A DNA stretch of 64,000 bases from Centroscyllium fabricii (taxonomy: Eukaryota), in contig JBNRSN020000089.1 of assembly GCA_051313645.2 (NCBI GenBank), positions 2,976,001 to 3,040,000 of the forward strand. Reading direction: 5' to 3'. Under the pieces are notes generated by a model. The model saw nothing but the letters and a program-made list of their open reading frames with translations. It did not search any database and was not told the DNA's origin. Of this stretch, positions 1-14,788 are shown one piece after another. The translations under genes and the position numbers were made by a program. The first letter of the stretch is position 1. Each line of letters starts with the position of its first letter.

Positions 1-3000
1 ACATCAGACATTATCCATCTGTGTACAATACATCAAAAAATGTCCATCTGTGTACAATGCATCAGACAATATCCTCTGTGAACAATACATCAGACAATAT
101 CCATCTGTGTACAATATATCAGATAATGTCCATCTGTGAACAATACATAAGTCATTATCCATCTGTTTTCAATATATCAGACAATGTCCATTTGTGAACA
201 AAACATCAGACAATATCCATCTGTGAACAATACATCAGACAATATCCATCTGTGTACAATACTTCAGACAATATCCATCTGTGTACAGTACATCAGACAA
301 TGTCCATCTGTGTACAATACATCAGAAAATATCCATCTGTGTAAAATACATCACACGATGTCCATCTGTGAACAATACATCTGACAATGTCCATCTGTGT
401 ACAATACAACAGACAATGTCCATTTGTGTACATTACATCAGACAAGGTCCATCTGTGTACAGTACATCAGACAATGTCCTTCTGCGTACAGTACATCAGA
501 TCATGTCCATCTGTGTACAATACATCAGACATTGTCCATCTGTGTACAATACATCAAAAAATGTCCATCTGTGTACAATATATCAGAAAATGTCCATCTG
601 TGAACAATCCATAAGACAATATCCATCTGTGAACAATACATCAGACATTATCCATCTGTGTACAATACATCAGAAAATGACCATCTGTGAACAATACATA
701 AGACATTATCCATCTGTGTACAACACATCAGACAATGTCCATTTGTGAACAAAACATCAGACATTATCCATCTGTGAACAATACATCAGACAATGTCCTT
801 CTGTGTACAATATATCAGACAATATCCATCTGTGTACAATACATCAGATAATATCCATCTGTGTACAGTACATCAGACAATGTCCATCTGTGTACAATAC
901 ATCAGACAATCTCCATCTGTGTACAATACATCAGACATTGTCCATCTGTGTACAATACATCAGACATTATCCATCTGTGTACAATACATCAAAAAATGTC
1001 CATCTGTGTACAATGCATCAGACAATATCCTCTGTGAACAATACATCAGACAATATCCATCTGTGTACAAAACATCAGACATTGTCCATCTGTGAACAAT
1101 ACATCATACAATATCCATCTGTGTACAATACATCAGACATTGTCCGTCTGTGTACAATACATCAGACAATGTCCATATGTGAACAATACATCAGACAATG
1201 TCCATCTCTTTACAATACATCAGACAATGTCCATCTGTGAACAATACATCAGACAATATTCATCTGTGTACAATACATCAGACAATGTCCATCTGTGAAC
1301 AATACATCAGACAATGTCGATCTGTGAACAATATATCAGACATTGTCCATCTGTGTACAATACATCAGGGATTGTCCATCTGTGTACAATACATCAGACA
1401 TTTTCCATCTGTGTACAATACATCAGACAATATCCATCTGTGTACAATACATTAGACAATGTCCATCTGTGAACAATACATCAGACAATGTTCATCTGTG
1501 AACAATACATCAGACAATGTCCAGCTGTGTACAATACATCAGACAATGTCCATCTGTGAACATTACATCAGACAATGTGCATCTGTGTACAATATAACAG
1601 AAAATTTACATCTGTGAACAGTCCATAAGACAATATTCATCTGTGTACAGTACATCAGACAATGTGCATCTGTGTACAATAGATCAGAAAACGTCCATGT
1701 GTGAACAATACATAAGACATTATCCATCTGTGTACAATACATCAGACATTATCCATCTGTGTACAATATATCAGATAATGTCCATCTGTGAACAATACAT
1801 AAGTCATTATCCATCTGTGTTCAATATATCAGACAATGTCCATTTGTAAACAAAACATCAGACAATATCCATCTGTGAACAATACATCAGACAATGTCCA
1901 TCTGTGTACAATACTTCAGACAATATCCATCTGTGTACAGTACATCAGACAATGTCCATCTGTGTACAATACATCAGAAAATATCCATCTGTGTAAAATA
2001 CATCACACGATGTCCATCTGTGAACAATACATCTGACAATGTCCATCTGTGTACAATACAACAGACAATGTCCATTTGTGTACATTGCATCAGACAAGGT
2101 CCATCTGTGTACAGTACATCAGACAATGTCCTTCTGCGTACAGTACATCAGATCATGTCCATCTGTGTACAATACATCAGACATTGTCCATCTGTGTACA
2201 ATACATCAAAAAATGTCCATCTGTGTACAATATATCAGAAAATGTCCATCTGTGAACAATCCATAAGACAATATCCATCTGTGAACAATACATCAGACAT
2301 TATCCATCTGTGTACAATACATCAGAAAATGACCATCTGTGAACAATACATATGACATTATCCATCTGTGTACAACACATCAGACAATGTCCATTTGTGA
2401 ACAAAACATCAGACATTATCCATCTGTGAACAATACATCAGACAATGTCCTTCTGTGTACAATACATCAGACAATATCCATCTGTGTACAATACATCAGA
2501 CAATATCCATCTGTGTACAGTACATCAGACAATGTCCATCTGTGTACAATACATCAGACAATATCCATCTGTGTACAATACATCAGACAATGTCCATCTG
2601 TGAACAATACATCAGACAATGTCCATCTGTGTACAATATATCAGACATTATCCATCTGTGAACAATACATCAGACAATATCAATCTGTGTTCAATACATC
2701 AGACATTATCCATCTGTGTACAATATATCAGACATTATCCATCTGTGAAAAATACATCAGACAATATCCATCTGTGTACAATACATCAGACAAATGTCCA
2801 TCTGTGTACAATACATCAGACAATATCCATCTGTGCACAATACCTCAGACAATGTCCATCTGTGTACAATACATCAGACAATATCCATCTGTGAACAATA
2901 TATCAGACATTATCCATCTGTGTACAATACATCAGAAAATGACCATCTGTGAACAATACATAAGACATTATCCATCTGTGTACAACACATCAGACAATGT

Positions 3001-6000
3001 CCATTTGTGAACAAAACATCAGACATTATCCATCTGTGAACAATACATCAGACAATGTCCTTCTGTGTACAATACATCAGACAATATCCATCTGTGTACA
3101 ATACATCAGAGAATATCCATCAGTGTACAGTACATCAGACAATGTCCATCTGTGTACAATACATCAGACAATATCCATCTGTGTACAATACATCAGACAA
3201 TGTCCATCTGTGAACAATACATCAGACAATGTCCATCTGTGTACAATATATCAGACATTATCCATCTGTGAACAATACATCAGACAATATCAATCTGTGT
3301 TCAATACATCAGACATTATCCATCTGTGTACAATATATCAGACATTATCCATCTGTGAACAATACATCAGACAATATCCATCTGTGTACAATACATCAGA
3401 CAAATGTCCATCTGTGTACAATACATCAGACAATATCCATCTGTGCACAATACCTCAGACAATTTCCATCTGTGTACAATACATCAGACAATATCCATCT
3501 GTGAACAATATATCAGAAAATGTCCATCTGTGTACAATACATCAGACATTATCCATCTGTGAACAATACATCAGACAATATCCATATGTGTACAATACAA
3601 CAGACAATATCCATCTGTGTACAATACATCAGACAATATCCATCTGTGTACAATACATCAGAAAATGTTCATCTGTGAACAATACATAAGATATTATCCA
3701 GCTGTCTACAATACATCAGACATTATCCATCTGTGTACAATACATGTGAAAATGTCCATATGTGTGCAATCCATCAGACAATATCCATCTGTGAACAATA
3801 CATCAGAGAATGTCCATCTGTGTACAGTACATCAGAGATTATCCATCTGTGAACAATACTTCAGACAATGTCCATCTGTGTACAATACATCAGACAATAT
3901 CCATCTGTGTACAATACATCAGACAATATCCATCTGTGCACAATACCTCAGACATTTTCCATCTGTGAACAATACATCAGACATTATCCATCTGTGTACA
4001 ATACATCAGACAATATCCATCTGTGTACAATACACCAGAGCATGTCCATCTGTGAACAATACATCAGACAATATCCATCTGTGTACAATACATCAGAAAA
4101 TGTTCATCTGTGAACAATACATAAGATATTATCCAGCTGTCTACAATACATCAGACATTATCCATCTGTGTACAATACATGTGAAAATGTCCATATGTGT
4201 GCAATCCATCAGACAATATCCATCTGTGAACAATACATCAGAGAATGTCCATCTGTGTACAGTACATCAGAGATTATCCATCTGTGAACAATACTTCAGA
4301 CAATGTCCATCTGTGTACAATACATCAGACAATATCCATCTGTGTACAATACATCAGACAATGTCCATCTGTGAACAATACATCAGACAATGTCCATCTG
4401 TGGACAATACATCAGACAATGTCGATCTGTGTACAATACATCAGACAATATGTTTCTGTGTACAATACATCAGACAATGTCCATCTGTGTACAATACTTC
4501 AGACAATGTCCATCTGTGAACAATACATCAGACAATATTTATCTGTGTACAATATATCAGACAATGTCCATCTGTGTACAATACATCAGACAATGTCCAT
4601 CTGTGATCAATACATCAGACAATGTCCCTCTGTGTACAATACATCCGACATTGTCCATCTGTGTACAATACATCACACATTATCCATCTGTGTACAATAC
4701 ATCAGAAAATGTTCAACTGTGTACAATGCATCAGACAATGTCCTCTGTGAACAATACATCAGACAATATCCATCTGTGTACAAAACATCAGACATTGTCC
4801 ATCTGTGAACAATACATCAGAAAATACCATCTGTGTACAATACATCAGACATTGTCCGTCTGTGTACAATACATCAGAAATTATCCATCTGTGTACAATA
4901 CATCAGGCAATGTCCGTCTGTGAACAATACATCAGAAAATGTCCATCTGTGGACAATACATCAGACAATGTCGATCTGTGTACAACACATCAGACAATAT
5001 GATTCTGTGTACAATACATCAGACAATGTCCATCTGTGTACAAAACTTCATACAATGTCCATTTGTGACAATACTTCAGACAATATTCATCTGTGTACAA
5101 TACATCAGACAATGTCCATCTGTGAACAATACATCATACAATATCCATCTGTGTACAATACATCAGACATTGTCCGTCTGTGTACAATACATCAGACTAT
5201 GTCCATCTGTGAACAATACATCAGACAATGTCCACCTGTTTACAATACATCAGACAATGTCCATCTGTGAACAATACATCAGACAATATTCATCTGTGTA
5301 CATTACATCGGACAATGTCCATCTGTGAACAATACATCAGACAATGTCGATCTGTGAACAATATATCAGACATTGTCCATCTGTGTACAATACATCAGAG
5401 ATTGTCCATCTGTGTACAATACATCAGACATTTTCCATCTGTGTACAATACATCAGACAATATCCATCTGTGTACAATACATTAGACAATGTCCATCTGT
5501 GAACAATACATCAGACAATGTTCATCTGTGAACAATACATCAGACAATGTCCAGCTGTGTACAATAAATCAGACAATGTCCATCTGTGAACATTACATCA
5601 GAGAATGTGCATCTGTGTACAATATAACAGAAAATTTACATCTGTGAACAATCCATAAGACAATATCCATCTGTGTACAGTACATCAAACAATGTGCATC
5701 TGTGTACAATAGATCAGAAAATGTCCATGTGTGAACAATACATAAGACATTATCCATCTGTGTACAATACATCAGACATTATCCATCTGTGTACAATATA
5801 TCAGATAATGTCCATCTGTGAACAATACATAAGTCATTATCCATCTGTGTACAATATATCAGACAATGTCCATTTGTGAACAAAACATCAGACAATATCC
5901 ATCTGTGAACAATACATCAGACAATGGCCATCTGTGTACAATACATCAGACAATATCCATCTGTTTACAGTATATCAGACAATGTCCATCTGTGTACAAT

Positions 6001-9000
6001 ACATCAGAAAATATCCATCTGTGTAAAATACATCACACGATGTCCATCTGTGAACAATACATTTGACAATGTCCATCTGTGTACAATAAAACAGACAATG
6101 TCCATCTGTGTACAGTACATCAGACAATGTCCATCTGTGTACAGTACATCAGACAATTTCCTTCTGCGTACAGTACATCAGATCATGTCCATCTGTGTAC
6201 AATACATCAGACATTGTCCATCTGTGTACAATACATCAAAAAATGTCCATCTGTGTACAATATATCAGAAAATGTCCATCTGTGAACAATCCATAAGACA
6301 ATATCCATCTGTGAACAATACATCAGACATTATCCATCTGTGTACAATACATCAGAAAATGACCATCTGTGAACAATACATAAGACATTATCCATCTGTG
6401 TACAACACATCAGACAATGTCCATTTGTGAACAAAACATCAGACAATATCCATCTGTGAACAATACATCAGACAATGTCCATCTGTGTACAATACATCAG
6501 ACAATATCCATCTGTGTACAATACATCATGCAATATCCATCTGTGTACAGTACATCAGACAATGTCCATCTGTGTACAATACATCAGACAATATCCATCT
6601 GTGTACAATACGTCAGACAATGTCCATCTGTGAAAAATACATCAGACAATGTCCATCTGTGTACAATACATCAGACATTATCCATCTGTGAACAATACAT
6701 CTGACAATATCCATCTGTGTTCAATACATCAGACATTATCGATCTGTGTACAATACAGCAGACATTATCCATCTGTGAACAATACATCAGACAATATCCA
6801 TCTGTGAACAATACATCAGACAGTGTCCATCTGTGTACAATAAATCAGACAATATCCACCTTTGTACAATATATCAGACAATGCCCATCTGTGAACAATA
6901 CATCAGACAATATCCAGCTGTGTACAATACATCAGACAATATCCATCTGTGAACAATAGATCAGACATTGTCCATCTGTGCACAATACATAAGACATTAT
7001 CAATCTGTGTACAATACATCAGACATTATCCATCTGTGTACAATACATCAGACAATATCCATCTGTGTACAATATATCAGAGAATGTCCATCTGTGAACA
7101 ATACATCAGACAATGTCCATCTGTGTACAATATATCAGACATTATCCATCTGTGAACAATACATCAGACAATATCCATCTGTGTTCAATACATCAGACAT
7201 TATCCATCTGTGTACAATACATCAGACATTATCCATCTGTGAACAATACATCAAACGATATCCATCTGTGTACAATATATCAGACAAATGTCCATCTGTG
7301 TACAATACATCAGACAATGTCCATCTGTGTACAATACATCAGACAATGTCCATCTGTGTACAATACATCAGAAAATATCCATCTGTGAACAATACATTAA
7401 AAAATGTCCATCTGTGTACAATACATCAGACATTATCCATCTGTGTACAAAACATCAGACAATGTCCATCTGTGAACAATATATCAGACAATGTCCATCT
7501 GTGCACAATACATCAGACATTATCCATCTGTGTACATTACATCTGACAATATCCATCTGTGTACAATACATCAGATAATGTCCATCTGTGTACATTCCAC
7601 CAGGCCATATCCATCTGTGTACTATACATCGTAGAATGTCCATCTGTGTAGAGTACATCAGACACTATCCATCTGTGAACAATACATCAGACAATGTCCA
7701 TCTGTGTACAATACATCACACAATATCAAGCTGTGTAGAATACATCAGACAATGTCCATCTGTGAACAATACATCAGAGAATGTCCACCTGTGTACAATA
7801 CATCAGACAATGTCCATCTGTGTACAATACATCAGACAATATGCACCTGTGTACAATACATCAGACAATGTCCATCTGTGTACAATACATCAGACAATGT
7901 ACATCTGTGAACAATACATCAGACAATATCCATCTGTGTACAATACATCAGCCAATGTCCATCTGTGTACAATACATCAGACAATATCCATCTGTGAACA
8001 ATACATCAGACATTATCCATCTGTGTACAATACATCAGACATTGACCATCTGTGAACAATACATCAGACATTATCCATCTGTGTACAATACATCAGACAA
8101 TATCAATCTGTGTACAATATATCAGAGAATGTCCAAATGTGAACAATGCATCAGACAATGTCCATTTGTGTACAATACATCAGACATTATCCCTCTGTGA
8201 AGAATACATCAGACAATATCCATCTGTGTTCAATACATCAGACATTATCCATCTGTGTACAATACATCAGACACTATCCATCTGTGAACAATACATCAGA
8301 CAATATCCATCTGTGTACAATACATCAGACAAATGTCCATCTGTGTACAATACATCAGACAATATCCATCTGTGTACAATATATCAAACAATGTCCATCT
8401 GTGTACAATACATCAGACAATATCCATCTGTGAACAGTACATTAAAAAATGTCCATCTGTGTACAATACATCAGACATTATCCATCTGTGAACAATACAT
8501 CAGACAATATCCATCTGTGTACAATACATCAGACAATATCCATCTGTGTACAATACATCAGAAAATGTCCATCTGTGTACAATACATCAGACAATATCCA
8601 TCTGTGTACAATACATCAGCCATTATCGATCTGCGAACAATAGAGCAGATATTATCCATCTGTGTACAATACATCAGACATTGTCCAACTGTGTACAATA
8701 CATCAGACATTATCCATCTGTGTACATTACATCAGACAATATCCATCTGTGTACAATAAATCAGATAATGTCCATCTGTGTTCATTCCATCAGACAATAT
8801 CCATCTGTGAACAATACATCAGACAATGTCCATCTGTGTACAATTCATCAGACATTATCCAGCTGTGTAGAACACATCAGACAATGTCCATCTGTGAACA
8901 ATACATCAGAGAATGTCCATCTGTGTACAATACATCAGACAATATCCATCTCTGTATAATACATCAGACAATATGCACCTGTGTACAATACATCAGACAA

Positions 9001-12000
9001 TATCCATATGTGTACAATACATCAGACATTGTCCATCTGTGGACAATACATCAGACAATATACATCTGTGTACAATACATCAGACAATGTCCATCTATGT
9101 ACAATACATCAGACAATGACCATCTGTGTACAATACATCAGACAAATGTCCATCTGTGTACAATATATCAGACAATATCCATCTGTGAACAATACATCAG
9201 ACAGTGTCCTACTGTGTACAATAAATCAGACAATATCCAACTTTGTACAATACACCAGACAATGTGGATCTGTGAACAATATATCAGACAATATCCAGCT
9301 GTGTACAATACATCAGAAAAATGTCCATCTGTGTACAATACATCAGACAATATCCATCAGTGTACAATACATCAGACAATTTCCACCTGTGTACAATACA
9401 TCAGACAATATCCATCTGTGAACAATATATCAGAACATGTCCATCTGTGCACAAAACATAAGACATTATCAATCTGTGTACATACATCAGACATTATCCA
9501 TCTGTGTAGAATACATCAGACAATATCCATCTCTGTATAATGCATCAGAAAATGTCCATCTGTGTACAATACATCAGACATTATCCATCTGTGAACAATA
9601 CATCAGACAATATCCATCTGTGGACAAAAATTCAGACAATATCCAACTGTGTACAATACATCAGAAAATGTCCATCTGTGTACAATACATCAGAAAATAT
9701 CCATATGTGTACAATACATCAGACATTATCCATCTGTGAACAATACATCAGACATTATCCATCTGTGTACAATATATCAGATATTGACCATCTGTGAACA
9801 ATACATCAGACATTATCCATCTGTGTACAATACATCAGACAATATCAATCTGTGTACAATATATCAGAGAATGTCCATCTGTGAACAATACATCAGACAA
9901 TATCCATCTGTGTACTATACATCAGAAAATGACCATCTGTGAACAGTACATAAGACATTATCCATCTGTGTACAACACATCAGACAATGTCCATTTGTGA
10001 ACAAAACATCAGACAATATCCATCTGTGAACAATACATCAGACAATGTCCATCTGTGTACAATACATCAGACAATATCCATCTGTGTACAATACATCATG
10101 CAATATCCATCTGTGTACAGTACATCAGACAATGTCCATCTGTGTACAATACATCAGACAATATCCATCTGTGTACAATACATCAGACAATGTCCATCTG
10201 TGAAAAATACATCAGACAATGTCCATCTGTGTACAATACATCAGACATTATCCATCTGTGAACAATACATCTGACAATATCCATCTGTGTTCAATACATC
10301 AGACATTATCCATCTGTGTACAATACAGCAGACATTATCCATCTGTGAACAATACATCAGACAATATCCATCTGTGAACAATACATCAGACAGTGTCCAT
10401 CTGTGTACAATAAATCAGACAATATCCACCTTTGTACAATACATCAGACAATGCCCATCTGTGAACAATACATCAGACAATATCCAGCTGTGTACAATAC
10501 ATCAGACAATATCCATCTGTGAACAATAGATCAGACATTGTCCATCTGTGCACAATACATAAGACATTATCAATCTGTGTACAATACATCAGACATTATC
10601 CATCTGTGTACAATACATTAGACAATATCCATCTGTGTACAATATATCAGAGAATGTCCATCTGTGAACAATACATCAGACAATGTCCATCTGTGTACAA
10701 TATATCAGACATTATCCATCTGTGAAGAATACATCAGACAATATCCATCTGTGTTCAATACATCAGACATTATCCATCTGTATACAATACATCAGACATT
10801 ATCCATCTGTGAACAATACATCAAACGATATCCATCTGTGTACAATACATCAGACAAATGTCCATCTGTGTACAATACATCAGACAATGTCCATCTGTGT
10901 ACAATACATCAGACAATGTCCATCTGTGTACAATACATCAGACAATATCCATCTGTGAACAATACATTAAAAAATGTCCATCTGTGTACAATACATCAGA
11001 CATTATCCATCTGTGTACAATACATCAGACAATGTCCATCTGTGAACAATATATCAGACAATGTCCATCTGTGCACAGTACATCAGACATTATCCATCTG
11101 TGTACATTATATCTGACAATATCCATCTGTGTACAATACATCAGATAATGTCCATCTGTGTACATTCCACCAGACAATATCCATCTGTGTACTATACATC
11201 GTAGAATGTCCATCTGTGTAGAGTACATCAGACACTATCCATCTGTGAACAATACATCAGAAAATGTCCATCTGTGTACAATACATCACACAATATCCAG
11301 CTGTGTAGAATACATCAGACAATGTCCATCTGTGAACAATACATCAGAGAATGTCCATCTGTGTACAATACATCAGACAATGTCCATTTGTGTACAATAC
11401 ATCAGACAATATGCACCTGTGTACAATACATCAGACAATGTCCATCTGTGTACAATACATCAGACAATGTACATCTGTGAACAATACATCAGACAATATC
11501 CATCTGTGTACAATACATCAGCCAATGTCCATCTGTGTACAATACGTCAGACAATATCCATCTGTGAACAATACATCAGACATTATCCATCTGTGTACAA
11601 TACATCAGACATTGACCATCTGTGAACAATACATCAGACATTATCCATCTGTGTACAATACATCAGACAATATCAATCTGTGTACAATATATCAGAGAAT
11701 GTCCAACTGTGAACAATGCATCAGACAATGTCCATTTGTGTACAATACATCAGACATTATCCCTCTGTGAACAATACATCAGACAATATCCATCTGTGTT
11801 CAATACATCAGACATTATCCATCTGTGTACAATACATCAGACACTATCCATCTGTGAACAATACATCAGACAATATCCATCTGTGTACAATACATCAGAC
11901 AAATGTCCATCTGTGTACAATACATCAGACAATATCCATCTGTGTACAATATATCAGACAATGTCCATCTGTGTACAATACATCAGACAATATCCATCTG

Positions 12001-14244
12001 TGAACAGTACATTAAAAAATGTCCATCTGTGTACAATACATCAGACATTATCCATCTGTGAACAATACATCAGACAATATCCATCTGTGTACAATACATC
12101 AGACAATATCCATCTGTGTACAATACATCAGAAAATGTCCATCTGTGTACAATACATCAGACAATATCCATCTGTGTACAATACATCAGCCATTATCGAT
12201 CTGCGAACAACAGAACAGATATTATCCATCTGTGTACAATACATCAGACATTGTCCAACTGTGTACAATACATCAGACATTATCCATCTGTGTACATTAC
12301 ATCAGACAATATCCATCTGTGTACAATAAATCAGATAATGTCCATCTGTGTTCATTCCATCAGACAATATCCATCTGTGTACAATACATCGGAGAATGTC
12401 CATCTGTGTTGAGTACATCAGACAATATCCATCTGTGAACAATACATCAGACAATGTCCATCTGTGTACAATACATCAGACAATATCCAGCTGTGTAGAA
12501 CACATCAGACAATGTCCATCTGTGAACAATACATCAGAGAATGTCCATCTGTGTACAATAAATCAGACAATATCCATCTCTGTATAATACATCAGACAAT
12601 ATGCACCTGTGTACAATACATCAGACAATATCCATATGTGTACAATACATCAGACAATGTCCATCTGTGGACAATACATCAGACAATATCCATCTGTGTA
12701 CAATACATCAGACAATGTCCATCTATGTACAATACATCAGACAATGACCATCTGTGTACAATACATCAGACAAATGTCCATCTGTGTACAATATATCGGA
12801 CAATATCCATCTGTGAACAATACATCAGACAGTGTCCACCTGTGTACAATAAATCAGTCAATATCCACCTTTGTACAATACACCAGACAATGTGGATCTG
12901 TGAACAATATATCAGACAATATCCAGCTGTGTACAATACATCAGAAAAATGTCCATCTGTGTACAATACATCAGACAATATCCATCAGTGTACAATACAT
13001 CAGACAATTTCCACCTGTGTGCAATACATCAGACAATATCCATCTGTGAACAATATATCAGAACATGTCCATCTGTGCACAAAACATAAGACATTATCAA
13101 TCTGTGTACATACATCAGACATTATCCATCTGTGTAGAATACATCAGACAATATCCATCTCTGTATAATACATCAGAAAATGTCCATCTGTGTACAATAC
13201 ATCAGACATTATCCATCTGTGAACAATACATCAGACAATATCCATCTGTGTACAAAAATTCAGACAATATCCAACTGTGTACAATACATCAGAAAATGTC
13301 CATCTGTGTACAATACATCAGAAAATATCCATATGTGTACAATACATCAGACATTATCCATCTGTGAACAATACATCAGACATTATCCATCTGTGTACAA
13401 TATATCAGATATTGACCATCTGTGAACAATACATCAGACATTATCCATCTGTGTACAATACATCAGACAATATCAATCTGTGTACAATATATCGGAGAAT
13501 GTCCATCTGTGAACAATACATCAGACAATATCCATCTGTGTTCAATACGTCAGACATTATCCATCTGTGTACAATACATCAGACATTATCCATCTGTGAA
13601 CAATACATCAGACAATATCCATCTGTGTACAATACATCAGACAATATCCATCTGTGTTCAATACATCAGACATTATCCATCTGTGTACAATACATCAGAC
13701 ATTATCCATCTGTGAACAATACATCAGACAATATCCATCTGTGTACAATACATCAGAAAATGTCCAACTGTGTACAATACATCAGACAATGTCCATCTGT
13801 GTACAATACATCAGACAATATCCATCTGTGAACAATACATTAAAAAATGTCCATCTGTGTACAATACATCAGACATTATCCATCTGTGGACAATACATCA
13901 GACAATATCCATCTGTGTACAATACATCAGACAATATCCATCTGTGTACAATACATCAGAAAATGTCCATCTGTGTACAATACATCAGACAATATCCATC
14001 TGTGTACAGTACATCAGCCATTATCGATCTGCGAACAATAGAGCAGATATTATCCATCTGTGTACAATACATCAGACATTGTCCAACTGTGTACAATACA
14101 TCAGACATTATCCATCTGTGTACAATACATCAGAAAATGTCCATCTGTGTACAATGTATCAGATAATGTCCTCTGTGAACAATACATCAGAAAATATCCA
14201 TCTGTGTACAAAACATCAGACATTGTCCATCTGTGAACAATACA
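1..14244 (+). repeat. 29-bp tandem satellite array, left segment (continues off the 5' edge of the window)
   Basis: Continuous head-to-tail copies of ACATCAGACAWTRTCCATCTGTGWACAAT with a 29-bp period, read directly (e.g. 1-29, 30-58). Scattered substitutions and rare 28- or 30-bp monomers. About 35% GC, and the consensus has no CpG. Confidence 0.99.
6350..13510 (+). repeat. Higher-order tandem duplication, about 3570-3628 bp unit (123-125 monomers), 2 copies
   Basis: Matching variant patterns at a constant offset: 6417/9987, 7588/11158 and 8449/12019 (3570), then 8981/12609 and 9437/13065 (3628 = 3570 + 2x29). Ends approximate. Confidence 0.85.
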
Positions 14245-14685
14245 CCACACGTGGAGTACTGTGTGCAGTTCTGGGCACCGTACTACAGGAGGGATGTGGA
14301 TGCGCTGGAGAGAGTGCAGAGGACATTCACCAGGATGCTGCCAGGAATGGGAGGAAAGTCATACGAGGAACGGTTAAGGGAACTGGGACTCTTCTCCCTG
14401 GAACGGAGAAGGAAGAGGGGGGACTTGATAGAGATGTTTAAAATGATGAAGGGGATCGATAGAGTAAACGTGCAAAGACTGTTTCCCCGGGCGGGAAGAA
14501 CGTCAACAAGAGGACACGAGCACAAGATTCAAGGAGGAATATTCAGAAGGGATTGAAGGGGCATGTTCTTTACACAGAGAGTGGTCGGGGAATGGAATAG
14601 GCTACCATCTGAAATAGTGGATGTGGACAGTCTTGGTGCCTTTAAAACGATGATAGACAGGTACATGGAGGGGAAGGAACAGTAG
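14245..14685 (+). pseudogene. Non-functional CR1 ORF2 C-terminal fragment (about 146 codons, one internal stop)
   Basis: Same frame as track ORF 14233..14556, whose GTG start lies in satellite DNA. There is an in-frame TGA at 14554-14556, after which CR1-like sequence continues in frame (RGMFFTQRVVGEWNRLPSEIVDVDSLGAFKTMIDRYMEGKEQ) to a TAG at 14683-14685. The endonuclease and RT catalytic domains are absent. Confidence 0.9.
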
Positions 14686-14787
14686 GGGGGACAGGAAAAA
14701 TTCAGAGACAGACTAAGGGCGGCACTACATTGAGGGCCCAAGGGCATGTACAGTGCTGTATGTTCTATGTTCTATGTTCTATGTTCT
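14245..14787 (+). mobile_element. 5'-truncated CR1-clade non-LTR retrotransposon (LINE) fragment: 3' end of ORF2, 3' UTR and microsatellite tail
   Basis: The only non-satellite sequence in the window; purine- and GC-richer than the array. It translates to PHVEYCVQFWAPYYRRDVDALERVQRTFTRMLPGM..SYEERLRELGLFSLERRRKRGDLIEMFK..RGH..FFTQRVVGEWNRLP..FKTMIDRYM, the characteristic post-RT C-terminal region of vertebrate CR1 ORF2 (recognised from knowledge of the family, not from a search). It ends in a short tandem-repeat tail rather than poly(A), as CR1 elements do. The 5' boundary is ambiguous by about 6 bp (14245-14250). Confidence 0.95.
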
Positions 14788-14788
14788 A
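14759..14788 (+). repeat. (TATGTTC)4 TA heptamer tail at the LINE 3' terminus
   Basis: Four perfect TATGTTC units at 14759-14786, followed by TA. The satellite resumes with AATATCC at 14788. Confidence 0.95.

Noticed and set aside
14233-14556. Functional 107-aa protein or an active retrotransposon
   Set aside because: The start codon is a satellite GTG, the element lacks the promoter, ORF1, endonuclease and RT core, and the frame is interrupted by TGA.
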